The notes under the pieces were generated by a model. That model was given only the letters and a program-made list of their open reading frames with translations. It was not told the origin of the DNA and made no database searches. Source: a bacterium (GTDB taxonomy: Bacteria > BMS3Abin14). Taken from it: a stretch of DNA of 64,000 nt. Shown in pieces: positions 56,643 to 64,000 of this stretch; positions within the stretch are counted from its first letter, which is position 1; each line of letters begins with the position of its first letter. A program made the translations under genes and the position numbers. The stretch covers positions 1,418,096-1,482,095 of the forward strand of contig CP070719.1 in the NCBI GenBank assembly GCA_020350725.1. The letters run 5' to 3'.

Positions 56643-57011
56643 ATGGCCAAGAGAATTTTGGTAGTTGAAGATTCTCCCATCACAAGATCCCTCATTATCT
56701 CATCGCTGGAGGACCTGGGCGATTTTACGGCGGTCGAGGCCTCCAATGGATTTCAGGCCCTCAGGAAACTTCCGGAATACCTGCCCGACCTTGTGATCAC
56801 AGACATCAACATGCCCGACATCAACGGTCTGGAAGTGGTTCGTTTTGTCAAGGAGAACGAAAATTTCAAACATATTCCCGTTATCATCGTGACAACGGAG
56901 GGCCGCGATGTGGATCGGGAAAGGGGGCTGAAACTCGGTGCGGACCGCTACCTGATCAAACCCTTTGATCCGGAGGACCTCCAGCGCCACGTGAGAGACC
57001 TGCTTGGATGA
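56643..57011 (+). CDS. cheY: single-domain response regulator (CheY-like)
   Basis: ILVVEDS, LVITDINMPDING, IIVTTE and YLIKPF. Confidence 0.88.
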   Translation: MAKRILVVEDSPITRSLIISSLEDLGDFTAVEASNGFQALRKLPEYLPDLVITDINMPDINGLEVVRFVKENENFKHIPVIIVTTEGRDVDRERGLKLGADRYLIKPFDPEDLQRHVRDLLG

Positions 57012-57293
57012 GTCCGAGACTGGAAGATCGAGATCCGGCATCGGGAGTCGGACAGGACAAAGGGAAGCGGCGCAACCAAAGGAGTGCGGGGAAGAGGGTA
57101 AGTAAGTCGATTGCACGGTCTCTGATTGCGGGAGATCAAAATGAAAGGTTGAATCTCCTGGGCGCCCCTCAGTGAAGAGGTCCTGCCGAGGTCGTCCCCG
57201 CGTGCTCTGCGTCGGGCGTTTCTTTTTATTTTGGATTTGGCACGTGGGACTTTTTACTTGAAACCCGGGACCCCTATTTAGAGGATCACTGAT

Positions 57294-59333
57294 TTGGACC
57301 AGTCTCTTTCGGATTTTGTCTCAGAAGCGGAAGACATCCTGGACAGCCTCGAGGATTCCATCAGTCAGCTGATGGATATCTCCACGGATGACCACAGGAA
57401 ACCGGACATCATCAACGCCATCTTTCGAAGTGCTCATTCACTGAAAGGTCTGTCGGGGATGCTCAACCTCGATAACCTCAGCGACCTTTCCCACCACGTG
57501 GAGAGCCTCCTGGACTCGGTGCGCCTGAACAAGATCGCTCTCGACGACGATATCGTTGACCTGCTCTCCTACGGCGTTCAGTTGATCAACAGGATGGTCC
57601 ATGCCGTCGCGGAAGGTGCGGGAGACAGTTCCGTCAGTGTGGATGAATTCCTCCGTGAACTGGAGAAGTTGGGGAGCGAGGAGGTTTCAGGGAGTGCGCC
57701 CGATCTCTCGGAATTCGTCGACGTGCCGGAGGGGCTCACGGAGGTCCTGTCGGAGTACGAGGAGCACAGGTTCCGGGACAACATCGAGAGGGAAGTCCCG
57801 CTCTATCGGGTGATCTGCCACCTCCCGTTTGATACTTTCGATGTCCGGTTGAGAGATCTGAGCGAGGGGATAAGAGAGGTCGGCGAGCTTTTGACTACTC
57901 TGCCCCAGACGGACGGCGTCGCTGAGGGAACCATAGGGTTCCAGCTTTATTTCACTGCGCGCGAGGACGGGGAAAGGTTGAGGGATCGCCTGCAGTCCGA
58001 CGGTGTGTCCCTTGAACAGGTGCTCTACAGGCAGCGGCGCCCTCAGACCATGGCAGACAGCTTCGCTCTGGAAGCGTCGGAAGGACCGGAGGGGGAAAGG
58101 GGCTACTTCGAGGATGAGATCAAGGGCGTCAGCAATACGGTAAGGGTGGACATCGCCAAACTCGACAACCTGATGAACCTCGTCGGGGAGCTGGTCATCC
58201 TCAGGTCGAATTTCACAAGTATTGCAGGCCGGCTGCGGGAAATCCTCTTCGATGTCGGTAGCGACAGCCTCCTCGAGCTCGAGAAGACGAGTGTCCAGAT
58301 GGAGAAAATGCTCATCGACCTTCGGGACGGCGTCATGGACATCCGGATGGTGCCCATGGGCCAGCTCTTCAGCAGGCTGCAGAGAGTGTCGAAAAAGATC
58401 GCACGTGAGCTGAACAAGAAGGTCAATTTCGAGTTTTCCGGAGGTGACACCGAACTTGACAAGATGATCATGGAGGAGATGGTATCACCCCTCCTGCACA
58501 TGGTGAGAAATTCCATCGATCACGGTATCGAGAACTCGGAGGAACGGAAGGCAAAGGGAAAGCGGGAGACGGGGATGGTAAGGCTGTCCGCCTACCAGCA
58601 GGGCAACCATGTCGTCCTGGAGGTAGAGGACGACGGGGCCGGCATCGATCTGGAAGGGGTCAGGAGGTCGGCCATCCGAAGAGGTGTGCTCAGGGAGGGT
58701 GAGGAACTCAGCGAAGAGGATATTCTCTCGCTGCTCTTCAAACCGGGTTTCTCCACCAAAGAGACCGTGACCGGGATCTCCGGACGGGGGGTTGGGATGG
58801 ATGTCGTCCGAAAGGAGATCGAGAACATCGGGGGCGCCGTGGAAGTCCACTCGGTGAAGGACCGTGGAACAAGGGTCACCCTGACTCTGCCGATCACTCT
58901 GGCGATCCTTCAGGCTCTGCTCGTCCGAACCGGCAGCAGGGTGTTCGCCATTCCGATGGGATCGATCCTGGAGACCATCCAGCTGGAATCGGGCGACATC
59001 AGGACGATGCAGGGTATCGAGGTGGTGAATCTGAGAGACAGGACCCTGCCCCTGCTCCGCCTCGAGAACATCTTCGAGCTGCCCCGAGCTGATGACGGCA
59101 ACGAGACCTATGCCGTCATCATCGGCATGGGAAACAGGATCATGGGGCTGGTGGCGCAGGAGCTCCTCGGCAAGCAGGATATCGTCATCAAGCCTCTTGG
59201 AGAAGCCTTCGCCAAATCCGTGGGACTGGCAGGAGCCGCCGAACTCGGCGACCAGTCGACGGTTCTGGTCCTGGATGTGGCCGGCCTCATGTTGGAAGCG
59301 ATCAGGCTCGGGGGCCTGGGCAAGAGAGTTTGA
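57294..59333 (+). CDS. cheA: chemotaxis histidine kinase CheA
   Basis: Hpt IFRSAHSLKG, VRVDIAKLD.LMNLVGEL, HMVRNSIDHG, DDGAGID, GFST...SGRGVGMDVV and C-terminal CheW domain. Confidence 0.96.
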   Translation: MDQSLSDFVSEAEDILDSLEDSISQLMDISTDDHRKPDIINAIFRSAHSLKGLSGMLNLDNLSDLSHHVESLLDSVRLNKIALDDDIVDLLSYGVQLINRMVHAVAEGAGDSSVSVDEFLRELEKLGSEEVSGSAPDLSEFVDVPEGLTEVLSEYEEHRFRDNIEREVPLYRVICHLPFDTFDVRLRDLSEGIREVGELLTTLPQTDGVAEGTIGFQLYFTAREDGERLRDRLQSDGVSLEQVLYRQRRPQTMADSFALEASEGPEGERGYFEDEIKGVSNTVRVDIAKLDNLMNLVGELVILRSNFTSIAGRLREILFDVGSDSLLELEKTSVQMEKMLIDLRDGVMDIRMVPMGQLFSRLQRVSKKIARELNKKVNFEFSGGDTELDKMIMEEMVSPLLHMVRNSIDHGIENSEERKAKGKRETGMVRLSAYQQGNHVVLEVEDDGAGIDLEGVRRSAIRRGVLREGEELSEEDILSLLFKPGFSTKETVTGISGRGVGMDVVRKEIENIGGAVEVHSVKDRGTRVTLTLPITLAILQALLVRTGSRVFAIPMGSILETIQLESGDIRTMQGIEVVNLRDRTLPLLRLENIFELPRADDGNETYAVIIGMGNRIMGLVAQELLGKQDIVIKPLGEAFAKSVGLAGAAELGDQSTVLVLDVAGLMLEAIRLGGLGKRV

Positions 59334-60151
59334 GCATGTATGAGGACCTGTACGGTCTCAGGAAAAAACCATTCAGCAAGACGCCCAACCCAGCCGTCTT
59401 CTACAGGAGCTCCATCCATGAAGAAGCATTGGCCAGACTCCAGTTCGGGGCTGAGGAAAGAGAACTGACCCTGCTGACCGGAGAGATCGGTACAGGAAAG
59501 ACCCTTCTGAGCAGAGCCCTGATAGACACCCTGGGCGAGAAGTTCCGGCCTCTTCTCCTGATCAATCCCAGATTGACACCCAATCAGTTTCTCAGGACCC
59601 TCGCCCTCCGGATGGGAATCGAACATCCCGCCTACCACCGGACCGATCTGCTCGAACAGGTCAACGAAGCTCTTTACGGTGCATACGAGGAGGATGTCTG
59701 CCCTGTCGTCATCATCGATGAGGCTCAGCTCATTCCCTCCAGGGCGACCTTTGAGGAGATCCGCCTCCTGACGAATTTTCAGCTGGACGATCTCAATCTT
59801 GTGACGTTGATCCTCATCGGTCAGCCGGAACTGCGAAGCCGGCTGAAGCATCAATCCTATCAGGCGGTCCGGCAGAGGATAGGCCTTCAATACCACCTGG
59901 GCCCCATGGGACGAGAGGACACCGGCAACTACCTGTCTTTCCGCCTGGAGGATGCGGGAGGGGATCCCGAACTGTTTTCGGAAGATGCCGTCGACATCGT
60001 CTACCGATACTCTGGAGGCCTTCCCAGGATGATCAACAACATCTGCGCCAACGCTCTCCTGTTGGCCTTCTCGAGGGAGTCTGACCGGATAGGTCCCGAT
60101 ATCATCCTCGATGTTGTTGAGGACATGGGCCTGGAGCCCGCTGGAGGGTAG
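59330..60151 (+). CDS. ExeA/MshM-like AAA ATPase (stand-alone)
   Basis: Y...YGL..KPFSKTP, GEIGTGKT, IIDEAQ, LIGQPEL, QRI and SGGLPRMINNIC. Confidence 0.9.
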   Translation: MSMYEDLYGLRKKPFSKTPNPAVFYRSSIHEEALARLQFGAEERELTLLTGEIGTGKTLLSRALIDTLGEKFRPLLLINPRLTPNQFLRTLALRMGIEHPAYHRTDLLEQVNEALYGAYEEDVCPVVIIDEAQLIPSRATFEEIRLLTNFQLDDLNLVTLILIGQPELRSRLKHQSYQAVRQRIGLQYHLGPMGREDTGNYLSFRLEDAGGDPELFSEDAVDIVYRYSGGLPRMINNICANALLLAFSRESDRIGPDIILDVVEDMGLEPAGG

Positions 60152-60321
60152 AACGAATGTGGGTTTTTGGGGGATAAGGGAGCAGAGGGGGAAGGGAACG
60201 GAGAAGGGTGGCCCGACGTCCGTCTCCGAGCTTTGGCGAGGCAAATAAAGACGAAGGCAAAAATACTCAGTCATGGAGTGCTGAATTCTTGAACCGAATT
60301 TCGCCGGATTATTGAGAGGGT

Positions 60322-61146
60322 ATGAAAATGGATCTTGTCGAAATCAGGAAAAAGGCCAAAAAAGAACGGGGAGGAAAAAAGGCGGAAAAGGCCAAAACCG
60401 GCGCCAGGGCCAAGCCGAAAGCCAAACGAAAGGAAAAGCGGCCCGATGGGGAAGTAAGAGGAATGGACGATACCCGGAAAACGGAGCCCATCGAGGAGGT
60501 TAAGCCGCCCGCCGATGTCGTTTCACCGGGTCAGGACCCCGAACCCCCTCCCTCGCCGGTGGTCAAGGGAAAACCCGACAGGATCCACCAGGATGAGCTC
60601 GCCAGCCTGAAGGACGTGCTGAGAAGCCAGCATGCCGATGAAAGGGAAGAGGAAGATGAGGAGCATATCCAGATCCTGACCTTCATGCTCGCTGGGGAGG
60701 AATACGGTCTAAACATCATGGAAATCAAGGAGATCGTCAGGCCAAAGGAGCCCACTGAAGTCCCGAGAACGCCGGATTTCGTCCTTGGAATCATCTCGCT
60801 CCGGGGTATGATAATCCCCATATACGATGTCAGGGCAAGGCTGGGCCTCAAAGGGGGCGAACAGGATCAGCGTAGTCGTGTCATCGTCGTGAAGCATAGA
60901 GAGCATTTTTACGGACTTCTCGTGGATTCCGTCGTCCAGGTAATGGACATACCCCTGGGAAAGATCGAGCCACCGCCGGAGATAGTCAGTGGCGTAGAAG
61001 GGGAGTTCCTGAGGGGGATCGGCAAGATCGACGACCGCCTGATCATCCTTCTGAACCTCTCCAGGATCCTCTCCGTGGAGGACGTTGTCCCTCCAGTGGA
61101 AAGGGATGCCCTCGTCTCTTCAACGGAGCCCGCAGGTGATGAATGA
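60322..61146 (+). CDS. cheW: CheW adaptor with a long Lys-rich N-terminal extension
   Basis: TFMLAGEEYG..I, EVPRTP..VLGIISLRG, GLLVDSV and FLRGIGK. Confidence 0.92.
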   Translation: MKMDLVEIRKKAKKERGGKKAEKAKTGARAKPKAKRKEKRPDGEVRGMDDTRKTEPIEEVKPPADVVSPGQDPEPPPSPVVKGKPDRIHQDELASLKDVLRSQHADEREEEDEEHIQILTFMLAGEEYGLNIMEIKEIVRPKEPTEVPRTPDFVLGIISLRGMIIPIYDVRARLGLKGGEQDQRSRVIVVKHREHFYGLLVDSVVQVMDIPLGKIEPPPEIVSGVEGEFLRGIGKIDDRLIILLNLSRILSVEDVVPPVERDALVSSTEPAGDE

Positions 61147-62074
61147 CAGTAGACGGAATTTTCCGGGAGGAAACAGCGACGACAGCCGCAACCTCGCCCA
61201 ATGCCCCTCATGCGGAAAATACTACAGGATCCACCCGGAAAAACTTCCCAAAGGGGTTCGATCGTTCAACTGCCGCAGCTGCGGCTCCCTGATCCCGATC
61301 GCAATATCCCGTGAGCATCCGAGATCGGACGATATGATCCCGGTGGTCCTGGTGGCTGTCCCTGAAGAGGACCTGGCCGAACTCGTGGTCCGGATACTGG
61401 CGCGTAACGGATTCAGAGGGGTCGTCGCCTCAACGGGCAGGGATGCTGTCAGAATCCTTACTGAGGACCCCCCGGATGCGGCTTTGATCAACGTCGTGCT
61501 GCCGGATATCCTCGGATACGAGATCATCGACAGGGTCCCCGGCGGACCTGCGGAGAGGACATTCCCCATCGTCCTCCTGTCATCCGTTCACCACGGAACC
61601 CGATACAAAAGGGCTCCGACCTCCTATTACGGGGCGGATGACTACATCGAAAGGCATCACCTGCCCGACCTTCTTGTCCCGAAAATAAAGAGGCTCCTGG
61701 ATGACGGGCCGCGGGATGGCCCCCTCAAGGCCGGTCCGGAGGTAACGGCTGCTCAGTCCGACGATGATGTGGATGATCGGAGGAAGATCGAAGAGATCCA
61801 CCTGGAGGGCGGGGACAGGTCGGGCGATCCGGGTGTTGAGGAACTGAGAAGAATGTGCCGCATCATCGCAGGGGACATCGCTCTCTACAACGAAGAGATC
61901 ATCAGGGATTCGGCTTCAGCTCAACTCCTGGACAGTCTGTCCAGCGATCTCGACGAGGGTGTTCGGCTTCTCAGGGACAGGTATCCGGATTTCAACGGAG
62001 ATCACTCCCTTTTCCTGAAGGAGGAGATGGCCCGCATCCTCAATTCCCGCCGGTCACCGGGAAAGGCCGGATGA
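61139..62074 (+). CDS. zinc-ribbon plus atypical receiver domain protein
   Basis: CPSCG..YRI...CRSCG (MJ0042-type zinc ribbon), receiver fold with N at the phospho-Asp position, C-terminal RIIAGDIALYN helix. Confidence 0.8.
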   Translation: MNDSRRNFPGGNSDDSRNLAQCPSCGKYYRIHPEKLPKGVRSFNCRSCGSLIPIAISREHPRSDDMIPVVLVAVPEEDLAELVVRILARNGFRGVVASTGRDAVRILTEDPPDAALINVVLPDILGYEIIDRVPGGPAERTFPIVLLSSVHHGTRYKRAPTSYYGADDYIERHHLPDLLVPKIKRLLDDGPRDGPLKAGPEVTAAQSDDDVDDRRKIEEIHLEGGDRSGDPGVEELRRMCRIIAGDIALYNEEIIRDSASAQLLDSLSSDLDEGVRLLRDRYPDFNGDHSLFLKEEMARILNSRRSPGKAG

Positions 62075-64000
62075 GGGTGACATTCATGGACTCCGAGGCA
62101 AAGCGGGCCCTGATAACAAGGCTCGGTTCACGGGACGAGGAGCTGCGTCGGCAGGCGATGGCCTCCCTGAAGGGGGTTGTCACGGAGGACGACCTGACGT
62201 GGCTCGTGGGGCCACTGTCGGACGAGAGTTGGCGGGTCCGGAAGGAGGCCATTGAAGCCCTGGCACAGCTCGATCCCGCTGCCGAACTGGTCAACAGGCT
62301 GATACCTCTCATGGATCCCCGGCAGGAGTTAACCCTGCGGAACTCCATTGTCGAGGTCATCGAGAGGATGGGTCGCGGTGCCGCGGTCCACGTGGCTGAG
62401 AACCTGCACATCGAACAGGTCGACACCCGGAAGTTCCTTGTCGACATCCTCGGCAGTCTGGCGGATCCTGGAGTCATCCCCCAACTTATTCCCCTCCTCC
62501 GCGATCCGGAGGACAATATACGCGCGGCGGCAGCCGAAAGCCTGGCGCGCATAGGGGATCCGGCAAGCACGGGGGCCCTCATCGAAGTTCTCGAGGAAGC
62601 TGACGGATGGGTGGCCTTCAGCGTCCTCAGTGCCCTTGCCCGGATCGGGAACTCTGAGGCTCTACCCGTCTTTTTCCGCTACATCGATGACAGGATCCTT
62701 GCCAATCCAGCCATCGAGGGCATCGGCAACAAGGGAGACGTCGAGGACGGCATCCGTCTGATGGGCATGCAGTCAGTACTGTCGCGCGGGGCCGCTAAAT
62801 TAGCGTTCGTTGCCGCAGGCATGATCTACAGGAGAGCACTCGAGAGGGGCCAAGAAAACCTCGACCGTCTGCGGGAGACCGTGGCCAATGCCGCGGATGA
62901 GACGATCGTCGCGTTCCTCACAGAACAACTCTCAGTCAGCGAGGAACACCCCGACAGGAGGAATTACCTCGCCATTTTGAGTCTCATCGGCGGCGATAAG
63001 GCGTTGCAATCCATTCTCTCCCTCATCGATGACGACGGCCTGGAATGGGATGTCAACATGGCTCTGCTGGCTATAGGCAGAAGGGATCGCACGGCGGTCA
63101 CATCCCTGATGAACAGCCACGACGAGTTAGTCCGTCGCAAGGCCGTCCAGGTCGTCGGTCAGTTGGGTGAGCCCGACCTGCTTGAACACGTATACCCCAT
63201 GCTGAAGGATGAGAGCGGGCACGTCCGCAGGGATGCCGCCAGAGCTGTCGCTTCCCTGGGGGACTCAAGGTCCTTCGGGCCCCTCATCGAACTCATCTCC
63301 GATGAGTATCGCGACGTCGCCGAATCCGCCGCCGAATCCCTGGCCCATTTGGGACAGATGGACCCCGGTGGCCTCTCGGAGAGGATCCGTGCCCTGTTGA
63401 GCGGTTCGAGCGTGCGGACCAGGGCTCTTCTCCTCAGGGTCATGAGCGAGGTCGATGCCGAGGGAAATCTCCCGTTCTTTCTCTCGGCTCTGCACGACGT
63501 TGAGCCCGAGATCCGGGCGGCGGCTCTGAACAGCATCAAACGGACAGGAGATGAAGAAGTGGTCACTTCCATCATTAACTCTCTGGCTGACGAGAGTCCC
63601 GAGGTCCGGGTGGAGGCCGCAATGGCCCTGGAAGACCTGCAGCCCCAGGGTGCCGTCGAACCGCTGAAGGCAGCTCTCTTCGACCAGGACCTCCTGGTCA
63701 GGACGGTCGCCATTTCCGCCCTGGCAGCGCAGCCCGGGATGGAGGCGAAGGATCTGGCCCAACTCCTCTCGGACGAGGACCTCATGATCAGAACCTTCGT
63801 TATCGAGGCTCTCGGCAGAAGAGGCGCCAGGGGTTTTCAGGACGCCGTCGAACTCATGGAGGACGCTTTCAGGGAGGAATCGGTGGAGATGAAGCGGAGT
63901 ATCTGCAGGGCCATGGCACAGATACCCGGTGATCGGAGCTTCCAACTCCTCCTCGATGCTCTCCGGGACGCCGATGCAAGCGTTCGAGCTTTCGCTGTGC
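62071..64000 (+). CDS. HEAT/PBS-lyase repeat protein, 3' end outside the window
   Basis: Absent from the track because it runs off the edge. Open frame from ATG 62071/62086 with repeated L.D....VR..AA.ALG-type units (e.g. LRDPEDNIRAAAAESLARIG). Confidence 0.88.
   Translation, partial: MRVTFMDSEAKRALITRLGSRDEELRRQAMASLKGVVTEDDLTWLVGPLSDESWRVRKEAIEALAQLDPAAELVNRLIPLMDPRQELTLRNSIVEVIERMGRGAAVHVAENLHIEQVDTRKFLVDILGSLADPGVIPQLIPLLRDPEDNIRAAAAESLARIGDPASTGALIEVLEEADGWVAFSVLSALARIGNSEALPVFFRYIDDRILANPAIEGIGNKGDVEDGIRLMGMQSVLSRGAAKLAFVAAGMIYRRALERGQENLDRLRETVANAADETIVAFLTEQLSVSEEHPDRRNYLAILSLIGGDKALQSILSLIDDDGLEWDVNMALLAIGRRDRTAVTSLMNSHDELVRRKAVQVVGQLGEPDLLEHVYPMLKDESGHVRRDAARAVASLGDSRSFGPLIELISDEYRDVAESAAESLAHLGQMDPGGLSERIRALLSGSSVRTRALLLRVMSEVDAEGNLPFFLSALHDVEPEIRAAALNSIKRTGDEEVVTSIINSLADESPEVRVEAAMALEDLQPQGAVEPLKAALFDQDLLVRTVAISALAAQPGMEAKDLAQLLSDEDLMIRTFVIEALGRRGARGFQDAVELMEDAFREESVEMKRSICRAMAQIPGDRSFQLLLDALRDADASVRAFAV

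Noticed and set aside
57238-57252. sigma54 promoter upstream of cheA (TGGCAC)
   Set aside because: There is no GC at -12 (GG-N10-TT); the sequence fits the heptamer-like spacer pattern.
1-64000. tRNA, rRNA, IS element or prophage genes
   Set aside because: I recognised no T-loop/cloverleaf, rRNA-like tract, transposase, integrase or phage structural motif; tRNAscan-SE, barrnap and ISEScan would confirm.

Overview
A GC-rich chromosomal segment from a Gram-negative bacterium with a deltaproteobacterial (Desulfobacterota/Myxococcota-like) gene order. Core blocks are rpiB-glyA-dCMP deaminase-nrdR-rnfCDGE-lpxC; fabH; mazG; phoH-7TM-HD-ybeY-corC-lnt-prfB (+1 frameshift); ribD-ribE-ribBA-ribH-nusB; and the start of a Che cluster containing an ExeA-like ATPase and a HEAT-repeat protein. 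An accessory, redox- and stress-rich stretch lies at about 9.9-38 kb. The main result is UGA recoding that the ORF track hides. First, 36770..37969 reads as one 399-aa exported protein fusing a DsbA-like domain (U-P-F-C) to an AhpE-like peroxiredoxin (F-T-P-T-U), so one bacterial ORF has two putative selenocysteines. Second, 24933..25772 is a signal-peptide-bearing MsrA with G-U-F-W. The msrA gene and a secreted-protein/Tat-msrB operon flank an OmpR-type two-component system and share the same 20-bp box exactly 31 nt upstream of their -10 elements. Other points are a DUF885 + apparently re-permuted ATP-grasp + methyltransferase trio, an rnf operon lacking rnfAB, a sigma54-like promoter at lpxC, and degenerate 7-bp repeats in many intergenic spacers. 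I recognised no rRNA, tRNA, CRISPR array, transposase or integrase. All calls come from reading motifs by eye; no database searches were run.
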